Source: Pristiophorus japonicus (Eukaryota). Taken from it: a stretch of 64,000 bases of DNA. Positions 13,463-27,589 of this stretch are shown here, in pieces. Below the pieces are notes generated by a model. It was not told the DNA's origin and did not search any database. It worked only from the letters and a program-made list of their open reading frames with translations. Positions within the stretch are counted from its first letter, which is position 1; every line of letters starts with the position of its first letter. Made by a program: the position numbers and the translations under genes. The DNA lies in contig NC_091999.1 of NCBI RefSeq assembly GCF_044704955.1, positions 46,438,001 through 46,502,000 of the forward strand, written 5' to 3'.

Positions 13463-14449
13463 AAGGTGTATATCAGTGTTTTCTGGGTGATGCTGAGGTG
13501 ATCACTAGACGATAAAGCGCAGAGACTGGCGTCTGGCTGCTCATTATCCTCGGTGTGATTTAATCCCGTTTCACACTGAAACTGCGGACAGAAATGGTCA
13601 CCTGTAACAGAATCGTCAGAGTGACATCATTTTCTAAACAAGAGCACGCAAGAGAATGGGTTATCAATAAATGTTAAAGCTATTAAACGACCTGTAATTG
13701 CATTTTGAATAAAGTAGAATGCTGAAAAATATTGGCTGAAGCTAATCATTTATCTTTCTGGAATGCACATGTACACATTATGAATGTGAGCAAGTGTTTT
13801 GTACACACACACATACATTCACACACACACACACACACATACATAAACACACAAACGCACATACACACAAACACGCATACACATATAGCAAACACTTTCT
13901 GTGTCCTCTTTTCAGTTGTTCATTTTACAAGGTGAGAACATTTATTCTGGTGGATATTAGGACCCTGCGGCTGCCCATCCGGCGGTGCTCTGAGCTCACG
14001 GTTCCAGGCTCTGTCTTACATAATCAGTGGGCCACGTCACAGCTAAATAGAAAATACTGGACCAAAAACAATCCTTAACGTTAAAGAACTTGGAGAAATA
14101 GGCACAGGACAACACAAGTGTGATTTAGTAACCTCAAACACACAGATTTTGCCAGTAGTTCAAAGTGCAGTGCACTATTGCTCACCTTCCGTCCTGTCCT
14201 TCAATCCCAGTCCATTACTGGAAGATTGTTAAAAGATTCACCCCATCCTCTCAACACAAATATTACCGTCATAATACCAGATTAATTCAAGATTACACAC
14301 ACGTGTTGATAGCTGTTAACAAATCTAAACCTATATTTCCAACCAAAAAAGTATTGCATCCTCACAGCCACACATATATACATCTTTATTTATATTAATA
14401 TCTGTCGATATCTCTTTATATCGTCTGCCTATGTAATAGACGCATGTGC

Positions 14450-14990
14450 AAGTGGAGAAATAACTGAGGCAGGGTCTATGCTACAAGAAATAGATACAGG
14501 ATCCAGCGCACTAATAGTTTAGACAAGATCTAGTGTAATATGAAGAGAGACAGGCATTTATTATAATATATTTCAGCCATGGTCTATGGCAGGAATAACT
14601 GAGACAGTGCCTAGTGTAATATAAACAGAGACATGGTGTAGTGTAATATAAACTGAGACAGGGTCCAGTATAATATACACAAGGACCGAGTATAGTGTAA
14701 TATACACTGAGACAGGGACGAGTGTAATATAAATAGAGACAGGGTCTAGTGTAACATAAACAGAGACAGGGGCTAGTGTATTATAAACAGTGACTGGGTC
14801 TAGTGTAATATAAGCAGAGACAGTGTGTAGTGTAATATAAACAGGGACAGGGTCTAATGTTATATAAACAGAGACAAGGTCTAGTGTAATATAAATAGAG
14901 ACAAGGAAGAATGTAAATTAAACAGAGACAGAGTCCAATGTAATATGAACAGAGACTGGGTCTATTGCAGTTATAACTGTGACTGGGTCC
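14450..14990 (+). repeat. 27-bp satellite (TAGTGTAATATAAACAGAGACAGGGTC)
   Basis: Tandem 27-mers; further arrays at 17130-18130 and 23124-23430. Confidence 0.9.
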
Positions 14991-15084
14991 AGGGCATCGA
15001 TAAACAAGAGAGGGACTGCTGAGAAGATTAGTAAACTGACTACAACACGGAGTTAATGGGGACATTCAAGTGGTTGTGTAAAAA

Positions 15085-16015
15085 TAAATGTTGGGTGCAA
15101 AAGCAAATTGTGAGGAAGACACTAAAAAATTATGCAAGGAGATATAGAGAGGCTAAGTGAGTGGACAAAACTTTGACAGATGAATTATAATCGTGAAAAT
15201 CTCAGATTATACACTTTGGCAGAAAAAAAATTAATGCAAGTTATAATTTAAATGGAGAAAAATTGCAAAATGCTGCGGTATAGAGGGACCTGGTTGTACT
15301 TGTGCATGAAACACAAAATGTTACTATGCAGGTACAGCAAGTAATCAGGAAGGCAAATGGAATGTTGCCATTTATTGCAAAGGGGATGGAGTACAAAAGC
15401 AGAGAAGTCCTACTACAACCCTACAGGGTATTGGTGAGGCCACACCTGGAGTACTGCATAAAGTTTTGTTCTCCGGATTTAAGAAAGGTTATACTTGCAT
15501 TGGCGACTTTTCAGAGAAGGTTCATTGGGTTGATTCCGGAGAAGAGGAGGTTGATGTATGAAGAAAAGTTGAGTAGTTTGGGCCTATACATGTTGGAGTT
15601 CAGAAGAATGTGAGAAGATCTTATCGAAACATATAAGATAATGAGGGGGCTCGAGAAAGTGAATGCAGAGAGGACATTTTCATTCACAGGGGAAACTAAA
15701 ACTAGGAGGCTTAATCTCAGAATAAGGGGCTGCTATTTAAAACTGAGATGAGGAGGAATTTCTTCTCTCAGAGGGTTGTAATTCTGTGGAAGTATCTGCA
15801 ACAGAGAGCTGTGGAGGCTGGGTCATTGAATATATGTAAGGCAGAGATGGGCAGATTTTTGAGCGATAAGGGAATAAAGGGTTAGGGGGAGCGGGCAGGG
15901 CATTGGAGCTGAGTCCATGATCAGACCAGCCATGAACTTATTAAATGGCAGAGCAGGCTCGAGGGGCCAAATGGCCTACTCCTGCTCATATTTCATATAT
16001 TCTTATGTTCTTGTG
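15085..16015 (+). mobile_element. CR1 3' fragment
   Basis: KANGML...LVRPHLEYC, 3' UTR with TTCTTATG tail. Confidence 0.88.
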
Positions 16016-16169
16016 TTCGAAGGTCTTCGCGTGATATAAAAACATGCCGTGACCAGTGCAATAATAGCTGCGGCAGGAACTAGTGTTGTATAAACCGAGA
16101 CGTGTCTTAGTGTAATATGAACCGAGACATGATGTCGATATAAAATCACAGAATGGAAGAATGATACAG

Positions 16170-17100
16170 CACATAACGTGCACATTAAGCCCTCTGGTGC
16201 CTGTGCCTGCACTGAGTTGAAACAGCTAACCAATTGGTCCCACTATCCCTGCTTTTTCCCAATAACCCTGCATTATTTCCAATTCAATTATTTACCCAAT
16301 TCACTTTTGAAATTTATTACTGGAATTGCTTCCAGAACCCTGTCAGATAGTGTATTCCAGATCATAACAGCTAGTTGTATATTTCTTTTTCCTCATTTCG
16401 CCTCGGGCTCTTTTGCCAAGTTCCTTAAATGTGTGTCATATGGTGACAGACTCATCAGCCACTGGAAAATTATCTTCTTATTTAAAGTGTCAAAACCATT
16501 CACGGTCTTGAGCATGTTTGTAAAAGCTCCTTTTAACCTTCTCTGCTCTAATGACAACAATCTCAATGCCCCGAGTGTCTTCACTTAATTGAAGTCTTTT
16601 ATCCAAGGTACTATTCTAGTAAATTCCCCAAGCACACTTTCCAAAGCCGTTCAATCTTTCCTAAATGTGGCGCTCAGAATTAAAAACAATACTGGAGTAT
16701 AACCAATGTTTTACAGATGCTTACCAATAGGTTCCTCGCATTTGAACCCTATATCTCTATTTATGAAAACTAAAGATAGTGTATACCTTTTGCATTCCAG
16801 ATCAGAACCACTTGTTACATTAAAACATCTCCACATCTCCCTTTTGTTTTTTTTTTTGCAAATGATCTTAAATATGTATCCTCTGGTTACCGACACTCTC
16901 AGTGTAAACATTATCTCACTTTTAACCGTATCAAATCCCTTCATAAAAGGAAGGCTATGACAGGCAGAGGCATTATTTTCTGATTGCTGCCAGAGATTGA
17001 TTGGTAGATTTTGGTTCGGTTAGGAGATTACGGGCGACGGAACCAAAGCTGGTCGATGGAGTTAAGATGCCGATCATCCGTCATCTAATTGAATAGAGGC
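16170..17100. mobile_element. Old CR1 fragments
   Basis: LLSLEQRRLKG-type degenerate ORF2 C-terminus. Confidence 0.6.
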
Positions 17101-18138
17101 ATGATATAGTTCAGTACTAATTGCGAAAGCGTATCGTGTAATTTAAACAGAAGACTGGTCGAATCCATTAATAACAGAGACAAGACCTAGAGCAATATAA
17201 AGAGGAGACGTCGTCTAGTGTAGTAATAACTGCAACAGTGCCTAGTGTAATATAAATAGAGACATGGTATAGATTATAATAACGGAGAGTGCCCAGTGTA
17301 TTATAAACATAGACATTGCTTAGTGCTTTATAACTGAGGCAAGGTTTCGTGTAATATGAGAGATACATACCAGAGGGCAGCAATAAATGAGACAGTATTT
17401 AATATAAGACTATATGAAAAGGGGCACGGTCCAGTGCAGTAATAATTGAGACAAGGCTGAGTGAAATCTAATCACAGGCATGGTCTAGTGCAGTGATAAC
17501 TGAGACAAGGCCTAGTGTAATATAAAGAGAGACGTGTTCTCATGCAGTATAACAGAGGGAGCATTGTGTAATATAAACAGAGACATGGCTTAGTGCAGTA
17601 ATAACTGAGGCATGGCCCAGTGTAATATGAACAGATGCAGGGCCCAGTGTAATATAACTAGTCACCGGATCTAGTGCAATAATAAATGAGGCAGGGCATT
17701 GTGCAATACTAACATAAACAGACTCTAGTACAGTACTAACGGAGAGAGAACCTAATGTAATATGCCACCGACATGGTCTAGTGCAGTAATAACTGAGACA
17801 GAGTCCAGTGTAATATAAATTGAGACATTGTCTGATGTAATAAAAAAGAAAAAGGCTATTGTGTAATATAAGCAGAGACATTGTCTCGTGTAATATATAC
17901 AGTGACACTGTCTTGTGTAATATAAACAGGGAAAGAGTCTAGTGTAATATAAACTGAGACATTGGCTAGTGTACAATAAACAGGGACATTGTCAAGTGTA
18001 ATATTAACGGAGACATTGGCTCGTGTAATGTAAACAGTGACATTGTCTCGTGTAATATAAACAGTGACACTGTCTAGTGCAATATAAACAGGGGAAGAGT
18101 CTAGTGTAATATAAAATGAGACATTGTCTCTTGTAATA

Positions 18139-18637
18139 TGTTGTGGAAATTTTTTCTGAGACTGCATAATATATATAAAGAGAGGTTTATTAAATTGGAG
18201 TCAAAACTTTGGGAGAAGTGTAAAAGAACCCTGTCTTTGAACCATCTTCTCAAATTGATATCTGTAGTGAAGTTCTTTTATCTTACAAATTATGTCACTT
18301 TACAACGCATGCTTTAGCACTACAAAGCTTTGACTATCGAAGGCTAAGCTTTTGATATAAACCATCCTGCATTGTGACAGGGCAGTATAAACAAGTGCAG
18401 GCTTTTGACACCGGTATAAACAAACATATCCAGCATTTAACTCTCCAGTGTTCATTATCTCACTTTCCTATCTGCATTAACTCAAGGCCAGCATATCTTA
18501 AAGTCTAACTGTTTTTTTTTTATATCGAGCATAATGCATCAGTATTGTCCCTTACAAAATTAATTTAAAGGGGAAAATAAAACAAATGTTTGAACCCGTA
18601 TATTAGTCCAGTATATGTCCAAAAATCCGCTCCAACA
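18139..18637 (-). mobile_element. ERV 3' LTR (499 bp)
   Basis: TGTTG...CAACA termini, polypurine tract AAAAGGGGGAA (complement of 18641-18651) next to it, minus-strand AATAAA at 18186-91. Confidence 0.85.
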
Positions 18638-18850
18638 ATATTCCCCCTTTTGGTCCTGGATGATGTTTACGAAATCCAGATGACCACAATGATAGTAGCA
18701 TATATTCGTCCTTTGGGGTATGTTACTTCCCAGATGTTCCGTATGTCCACCTTACCTGTAGCTCTAGGCTACCCTTCAAAGATAGTGGTCGGTGTCATTG
18801 TCGTCTGTTTCTTCATTCTTGGTGTCTTCAGGTATTTCCAGCAGATGTGC

Positions 18851-20097
18851 TTATTCTTCAGCGATTACACTGGCTACTGGCTTCAGTCGAGCCATCGTAA
18901 CATTACAGCAGATATTAAAACACCCGATAATCAGACAGCAAGTAATTATTATTACAACCAGAATAATTACTCCATGCATAAGATAGGACCCCCAGGATCC
19001 CCCTAACAGACAGTCAAACCAGCCAGATCCTCCTGTTGTTATGTATAACTTCTTTTCCTCCCTTCTTATGTGATCAGCGTGGTTGGTTATGTTTTCTGAA
19101 TTATCAGGAATGTAAGTGCAACATTCAGCTCCAATTAAGGCACATTGTGCATATGGCTACCATTTCAGCCGTTATGCCCTACATTGCTTCAGCAGTGCCG
19201 TTAACTATCTGTTCCAGTACCCTCTCTAGGTTATGTAATTCATCCATGGTGCGTCCTATCTCGAATGGGAGCATCATGACCCCAAATAGCCTCTCTACCG
19301 CGGTAAGATCTCGTCTTAGTCGACCTGGTGTCTGTACTTCTGCTAAAGTACGTACCCGTCTGACAAAGGTGACCACATATCCCAAATAACAAGACCCCCT
19401 CCAGTTCTGAGGCAACCAGGGGTAGACCCTATGCCCGCACACAAAATAAGTGCCATTATATGCTGTTAGATTCGATCCCAATCTCTCTCTCAGCCCCCGT
19501 CGCCACCTAATCTTAGCGTCCCAGTCCTGGCTACTTGTCTGATTCTTCAAACCCTCTATTTCGAAGAAGCCTTGGTTTGTTGTTTCGCTGGCTATTATGT
19601 TCCATCTGGTGAGGTTAAACTATATCCTGCTACAAAACCTGTTTCCTCACCGGTCAGGTCTCTAGTGAAACAAATGTCAGCGGTGGGCCTTCCAACTTCT
19701 GAGGTGTTGGTCAAAACCAGGAACGGGGGTCGTACCGACCTATTGTATTCCGGCTGGTACCATCTGTCAATGCATCCAAAAGGTAATCCCCCGATCTCCA
19801 CGTTTCTTTATTCCCACTGTGGTTCCAAGTATCATTTACTTCCCCTGTACCGTTTTGTCGCATTACTCACTCTGCTACTTCTGAACTGTTAAGGGAGATT
19901 GACCTCAAAGGGATGCCTCCTTTGCTATGTATGGGGATGTGCGAACATACCCAGCAACTAGAAAAGTTCTCATTTTGTGCATAAACATAAGACATGTACA
20001 AAAAGGTATTCACAAGTAACTCTCGTTTCGGTCTAGCTAGCAGGCCGGACCGAACACGAACTATGATAATCGCACTGATCGCAATATATAGTTTCAT
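18851..20097 (-). pseudogene. env: ERV env pseudogene (gamma-type envelope)
   Basis: Signal peptide, CWVC motif, NGTYFVCG...WRGSCYLG, furin site RLRR (19311-22), CX6CC CALIGAECC (19118-44), TM helix GVIILVVIIITCCLIIG; stops and frameshifts. Confidence 0.9.
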
Positions 20098-20199
20098 CTT
20101 ATTACTCTATAATTAACAAATAGTCAAAGGCAAAATGGCCATATGGCTTGCTTGAAGAATCTCTCGCTGTCAATCTTTAAATAGACAAACAACAACAAC

Positions 20200-22470
20200 T
20201 AATATGTGTGCTAAACGGCTGGTTCAAAAACCTTAAGCTGGGTCCGATGCTTCCATTGTCCGTTCCCTTTAACATCGATGCAGGCACAAGTGTCCCCGCT
20301 GAGTATAACCTCATATGGTCATATCCATTTTTGAGGCAAACCCCGGTTTTTCCCGGGAGGACCCTTACCATAATGCGACTTCCTGCCTACGGGACTTCAG
20401 GGAGTTTTGTAGGCTCTGCTTCCGAGTCTCTTTCTTCCTGATTGTCCCGAACTAATTTATGCATCCCTTTTAATTGAGTACTTAGTTCCAAAACATACCG
20501 TTTTATTTTGTCTTTTAATGGGCCTACATCGGCCCACCCTGTTATGATGTTCTCGGGTAATTGCATCGCCCTTCCTGTCATTAGTTCACAAGGGGTTAAT
20601 CCGGTTGTCCGGTTTGTCGTGGCTCTTAACTTCATCAATATAATGAGTAATACTTCTGTCCACGTTTTTCCTGACGTTTGCATGGCCTTTGCCAGGGCGT
20701 TCTTAAGGGTATGGTTCATGCGCTCTACCATCCCAGAACTCTGCGGGTGGTAGGGGATGTGGAATTTTTGTTTTATGCCGATCAGCTGGCATATTGTTTT
20801 TACAATTTTTCCGGTGAAGTGGGTGCCTTGGTCGGAATCTATTTGAAGAGGCACTGCCCATCGGGGAATCACCTGCGCGGTCAATATCCTTACCACTGTT
20901 GAGGCAGTGCAATCACGTGTGGGAAAGCTTCTACCCACCGGGTAAATTGATCTATAATCACTAGGCAATATCTTTTTCCATGGGATGGGGGCAAAGGACC
21001 TGTGAAATCAATTTGTACGTGTTCCCATGGCCCACGTGGACGGGGCTTGTGTCCCATTTTAATTTTAATGGGCCTGCCTGGATTATATTGTGCGCACGTA
21101 ACGCATCGATGGTAATGTTTGGTGATATCTCTCCCCATCCCTTTCCACCACCAATCTCTTCCAAGACTCCCGGTCATGGCCTCTCATCCTGAATAAGACA
21201 GGCCATGATGCAACTCCAATAAGGTATTCAGTATGCATTCAGGCGCCATGACCTTGTCGTTTCGTCTCCAAACGTTATCCTTCCCTTGCGTTGCGCCCTG
21301 CTTTGTCCACATACCTATTTCCTCCTCAGAAGTGTCCTGGTGTAGTTTCTCAATACTTATCTCTTCGTCTTGGGCCCCAGCGGCACTGACTTAATTTTAA
21401 TCATTTAAAATCATTATCAATGGAGAGTGTTTTTTACCTCTTCAAATTATTTTTTTTTCAATGAAACCAATATCTTTTTCACAGCTGATATCAACTGGTA
21501 TTTCGTAAGTTATGTCTTTATCCATCGCAAACATCCCTTCTCCCCCATGCTGTCATATAATCGTGTACTACCCCGAATGCATATCTACTGTCCGTATAAA
21601 TATTAACAATCATATTTTCCGATAATTCCAGTGCCCAGGTGAGGGCTACCAGTTCTGCCACTTGAACTGACGACCCCCCATTAATTCGCCCTGATTCAAC
21701 TGTCTCTCGATCCTGGTTAACTACGGCCCATCCGGTACGAGGTAGTCCCTCTACGTATTTTCGTGAGCCGTCCACAAACAAGGTTTGTTCTGCGGTTTGA
21801 AGGGGGGCGTCTTTTATTCTATCCTCTTCCATATCCTCACATACCTCTTCGCAAAAGTGGGGTTCCCCTTCACCCATCATACCTTCTGTGGGGTTGTTTC
21901 CTTCATCACTAATTATGGTTACCGCTTTGTTGGGTGTTAAGAGGACTGCTTCCCACTTTGCCCGTCTCATATTAGATACGGTTCTCAGTTTTCCTGTGTT
22001 TAACATTTCTACCAATGTGTGTTTAATGTGGAGAATGATGTTTCCAGTCATCACCACAAGCTCGCTTAATTTTTACCGCCCAAGCTGCGCAATCTAGCGC
22101 GGCTATACATCAGGATAACCCAGTCACCACCGGGCTTTCGGTGGTAGAGTAATAGGATAAGGGTCTCCTTTTATCAGGGATAAAGTTCCGGCTGTAATTA
22201 AAGAGGCCCAGTACCTTCCTCACCCCCCTTACCGTTACTGGTCTAGGCATGTCCTTGACAGCCTTTTTCCTATCCGTGGGCGTTTCTTTCAACCCCTTGA
22301 GAGGCAGTACCCTAGGTACAGGACCTGGGATTTCCCTACCTGGGCCTTTTTGGGGAGTTAGTGGTGCTAACTCTTTCTTTACAGATACCCTTTTCCACTA
22401 GCCCTTTTACTATTTCTACAACCGCTGTTCTAGCTTCAGGTCTTATAGGGTATTGTGGCAAGTCCCCCTT
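20200..22470 (-). pseudogene. pol: ERV pol pseudogene (RT remnants, RNase H, integrase)
   Basis: ORF fragments 22336-22566, 22110-22292, 21518-22057, 20890-21177, 20387-20968 carry retroviral motifs; RT core largely deleted. Confidence 0.9.
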
Positions 22471-23709
22471 TTCTTCCCTCCTCCTGTTCCCGTGGCAGAG
22501 ACCTTTTCCTGCTTTATCTTTTTTCTTTTCTAAACTGCTAAATCTTACTGTTTTAGCCTTTTTCAAAAGTCCCTTTTACACCTTCACAGATAGCTCCCCA
22601 CTCGCCCAGGAGTTTGACCTGATCCCTGAAGTATTTCGACATTTAAAACTCTTTTTTTTTGCTGAGCTAGAAGCTTTCATGTCAAGGATTTACACAAAGG
22701 AAAATGGGAGCGTTTTGAAAGGCATTCTTTATCTCATTCCTAGACTAAATTTATGTATTTCAACCCAATTGCATGTTTTCTTTCGACAAGTAAGTGAGCG
22801 TGTCAAATTCTTTTTTTTTCTTTACTACCGGGACCATGTATTTTTATCTTTTACTCAACAAACCTATCCTTTGTGCATTTCCTAGCTCCGTAACTTATAT
22901 CCACACCTTCGGTTCCAACTTAAAATGTAATACCATAAGGTTCACAGTTTCTTAAATTTCCCACAAACAGGACAGCACTACGAAGGGTTAAAAAAAAACA
23001 TTTCACTCTGTTTGGAAAGAGTGGATGGAGCTAAAACAGGCAGGCAGCTCCACACCTTCTTAAAACAGGCTTTCATTCATTCCACAGTCAAAATTACTCG
23101 AGTACTCTCTTCATTCAAAATAGACAGGGACATTGTCAAGTGTAATATTAACGGAGACATTGGCTAGTGTAATGTAAACAGCGACATTGTCTAATGTAAA
23201 ATAAACAGAGACATTGTATAGTGCAATATAAACTGAGACATTGTCTAGTGTAATGTAAACAGAGACATTGTCTAGTGCAATATAAACAGAGACAGGGTCT
23301 AGTGTAATTTAAACAGAGACAGTGTCTAGTGTAATATAAAGAGAGACAAGGTCGATTGCAGCAAAAACCAAGACATGTCCTACTGTACTTTAAACAGAGA
23401 CATTGTCTAGATCAGTATAACTGAAGCAGGATGCCGCTTTCAAATTTATTAGTGTACTCAAGCTAGCCTCAGTTTATATTATACTCGACCATATCCATGT
23501 TTATATTACACATGACCCATTCTCAGTTATTCCTGCACCAGAACAAATTTTATTTAAATTATATCTTAGCATATTTTTGTTTATGTTAAATACGTCCCTA
23601 TATAACTTATTACTGAAACAGATCTTTTCTCTGTTTACATAACTCAGGACCTGATTCATATTACACTCGGCCCTGTCTGAGTTATACACACTGTCCCTTT
23701 TTAAGAACA

Positions 23710-24220
23710 AAAGAAAATAACAATTCGGAGCAAGAGTAGGCCATTCGGCCCCTCAAGCCTGCTCCACATTTTAATAAGAGCATGGCTGGTCTCTGACCTC
23801 AACTCCACGTTAACTGAAGTATCACATGCCAGACACTAATCTACTAAATCTCCTCTTAACCTTTTCTACTCGAAGGACAAACCCATCTTCTCCGGTCTCT
23901 CCACATTAACTGAAATCCCTCATCTAGGTACCAATCTACTAAATCTTATTTTAACCTTCTCTGCTCTAAGGGGAGCAACCCCAGCTTCGCAAGTCTCTCC
24001 ACATAATTGTAACCCCCATACCTGATGCGTTTCCAGTAAATTTATTCTGCACCCTCTGGAAAGACTTCACGTCCTTCCTACAATGTGGTGCCCAGAATTG
24101 GACAAAATACTCCAGCTGGGGCAGAACTAGTGTTTCTCATCATTCATCCTTGGTACTATTCTGGTAAATCTCCCCTCAGCCTTCTCTGCTGTAAGGAGAA
24201 CAGCCCCAGCTTCTCCAACT
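23710..24220 (-). mobile_element. Old CR1 fragments
   Basis: 3' UTR head plus repeated AACCTTCTCTGCTCTAAGGAGAACA-type pieces. Confidence 0.65.
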
Positions 24221-25367
24221 CTGTCCGCGCAGCGAGAGCTTACGTCCTACTGTCCCGTACACACATTGACAGCGAACTCCAGGCGGGCACTGGCCTGTCC
24301 ACAACAGCGAGAAAGGGAAGGAAAAAACAGCAGCTGAAAGTCGACCGATGACTTAAAACAATTTTTAAAATTGTTACGCTTACTTTTTTTTATAAACAGG
24401 AAAAATATCCTGACTGTGCCAACTAGAATTTCTACCCTGTGACAGTTCACCAACCAACTCCCTCTCCGGAAAGGTCAACATTTTAATTCCTGTCAGCTTT
24501 TTTAGGTGGGGGTAGGGGGGTTAAATATATATATAATTGCCATTGCTCTCTCTCTCATTTGTTAATATATATGAAAGCCCAGTGAAGGAATTGGCTGCAG
24601 AAAATTCCAGCTGAGGAATCCTCATCAATGGAAGCAGAAACACTGCAAAGGGGAAAAAAGACACGTTTGGGCTGACAGAGGGAGGGAGGGAGTTAGGAAT
24701 GGAACAAGGGATGGATGGAGAGGTGGAGGGGTGGCGGGATGGACGGAGGTAGGAATGGGTGCACGGAGTGAGCAATTGATCGAGGGGGCGATGGAGGAAG
24801 GGAGGAGTGGAGCAAGGGAGGTGTAGTGTATTAGACGGGTGGAGTCCGGCTGGAGGGAGGGAGAGGTGGGTCCAGGGAGGGAGCGATTGATGGAGGCAGG
24901 TATGGCGGGTGGGCGGGATAGAGAGAGGGAGGGATGAAGGGATGGAGGGAAGGAGAGACGGGTGGAGGATGGGAGGGATGGTCGGAGGGAATGATGGTGT
25001 ATCTTCCAATTTACCCGATCAAACCTTTTCATGATTTTGAACAGCTCTATTAAGTGGCCCAGAACTTGCTCGGCTCTAAGGAGAACAGTTCCAGCTTCCA
25101 GCTGCTCTGATGGTGCAGCTCACACAATGTAAATATCAAGTTCCGTGGGTCCTTCTGCCTCGAGCACTTCAAATGTTCGCTGAGGAATCACTGACACTTG
25201 TTTACGGACCCAGTGGAAATCACAGTGTGGTAATGACATCTCAGGCAAGATAAGAGAACTCGCGCCTGATGATAAATGGAGCGGTGTAAGACTGGGCTCA
25301 GACCTTGAACCTCAGACATGATGAGCTGAATGGCAGCATTTTAAAATACAAGCAGTGATATGTTCAA

Positions 25368-25820
25368 GCCTCGGCTCAGCGGGATCTCTCTCGCCTCTGA
25401 CTCAGAAGGACACAGATACTAAACCCCGCTCGAGACATCTGAGCCCATAATCTAAACCGACACGCCTGATGTCAGTACTTTGGGAGTGCTGCATGATCAG
25501 AGGTGCTGTCTTTCGTGGCAGATATTAAACTGAGGCCCCGTCTTCCCACTCAGGTGGATTTAAAGGACTCATGGCACAATGTTAAAGAGCAGAGGAGTTC
25601 TCCAGGGTTTCCAGCAGAAACATTTATCCCTCAACCAACATCTGAAAAATTGATTACCTGATCATTATTCCATTGCTGTTTATGGGATCTTGCTGTGCAC
25701 AAATTGGCTGCCACGTTTCCTACATTACAACGGTGACCACACTTCCGAAATAATTCATTGGCTGTAAAGCACTTTGGGACAACTTGAGGTCATTAAAGGT
25801 GCTATATAAATGCAAGGTGT
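25368..25820 (+). mobile_element. Deu-domain SINE
   Basis: Homologous to 8878-9320 at the same position in the macro-repeat. Confidence 0.75.
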
Positions 25821-27109
25821 TTCTAAATGTCAACATTGGAAAATACATGTTGTGATATGTGAAAAGCTCAGATATTACTGTGATTGGCCGACACTCCTCT
25901 GCTCACTGCTTTAACCTATTAAGTTTCAATGGATTAAGTATTCCACTAAATGGAGATCCAGTGGAATAGCAGCCTGTTCAGAGATGTTCCACTGAGTTTG
26001 GCAGCAGAACTTTCAGAACTGAATTATTCATTTTTAAATTTATTTCCTTTGATATAAATCACATCTGTTCTAATTGAACAAAACTAAAGCCAACGTCACT
26101 GTTCGAGATATGTATATTTTTGTGTACCAACTGTCAATATTCTTAAAATAAGCCCTTGTTGTGAGTTGAAAAGAATCAATAAGTGAGTCTGTTGATCTTA
26201 TTTTGCTGCCATGAATATTTCATCGGAACCAGTGAGGCGTTTATGTAAATAAACACAGAAATAGCAGTCTCAGATTAGAGTATTGAGCGACAGAAAGACA
26301 ATAAATGTTTCCCCATCAACACAGCAGAGAAATAAAAATAGGGAGAAATGCAAATCTCTCAACAGATTCCAACAACAACTGTTTTTGGTACATTTCTCTA
26401 AATTATAGGTGAATAAAGTAAAGATGATCCCCACAGACAGAAAGGGGAAAGATTCTAATCACCGTATATAGTGACATCACAAATGTGTCAGTGGAGACTT
26501 CCTGTATCCTCTCCCTCTCCTATTTCCACTTTCCGTCTTGTCTCTCAAGAATGGATAATTGGCTTTCCCCCACAACGAGATGTCAACATCCAACAAACGT
26601 TTTCCTTGAGCCCTAATCATATGCCTCGAACCAAATTGATCAGAAACGCAGAAGGAGCTTTAATCCAAAATGTGACATGTGCATTTAATTATCTGGTAGT
26701 TTTTGATGGGACAATGTGGAGGGATCTTTAAACAGTATCTAACCCGTGCTTTCCCAGCTCTGGGCGTTTTTGATGGGACAGTGTAGAGACAGCTTTACTC
26801 TGTATCTGACACATGCTGTACCTGCCCTGCAAGTTACATAGCTTAGTGTAGTAATAACTGAGACAGGGTCTAGTTTAATATAAACAGAGGCATGGTCTAG
26901 TTTATTATTATGAAAGAATTGGGCTCGTGTAATATAAAGAGTGTCTTTGTCTAATTTACTATAAGCAGAGACAGGGTCTTCAGTAATAGGAACAAAGGCA
27001 TGGCATACTCCAGTAATATCTGAAACAGGGCCTAATACAATATTAGTGTTTCTAGTGCAGTAATAACTGAAGTAGTGGCTCGTGCAGTAAGTACTGATAC
27101 TGGGACATT

Positions 27110-27525
27110 GTTTATTGGTTGCTGGCATGTGCGTGTGGGTGTCGCTGGCAAGGCCAACATTGATTGTCTATCCCTAATTGGCTTTGAAAAGCAGGTGGTG
27201 AACTGCCATCTTGAACGGCTGCAGCCCGTGTGGTGAAGGTACTCCCACAGTGTTAGGGAGGGTGTTCCACGAAATTGACCCAGCGATTATGAAGGATCGG
27301 TAATAACTTTCCAAGTTAAGATGGTGTGTGATTTGGAGGGTTATGTGGAGGGTATGGTGCTCCCATGAGCCCGGAGCCCTTGTCCTTCTAGGTGGAAGAG
27401 GTCGTAGGTTTGGAAAGTGCTGTCGAAGAAGTCTTGGCGAGTTGCTGCAATGCATCTTGTAGATAGTACTCACTGCAGACATAGTGCGCCGGTGGTGGAG
27501 GTAGTGAATATTTAACGTGGTGAAT
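27110..27525 (-). mobile_element. 3' fragment of a second LINE family (L2/CR1 group)
   Basis: TIYKMHCSNSPRLLRQH...YYRSFIIAGSISWNTLP. Confidence 0.6.
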
Positions 27526-27589
27526 TGAGTAATATAAACAGGAATAGGGTCTAGTGTAATAATAACTGAGACAGGTTCTGGTGTATTAT

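Larger units (their letters stand above)
18139..23120 (-). mobile_element. Degraded class I (gamma/epsilon-like) endogenous retrovirus, 5' LTR missing
   Basis: Minus-strand order: RT remnants, RNase H (LFVDGS...AELVAL...IYTDSRYAF), integrase (QIDFTGPLP...IDSDQGTHFT...SSGMVERMN), env, PPT, LTR; many frameshifts and deletions. Confidence 0.92.
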
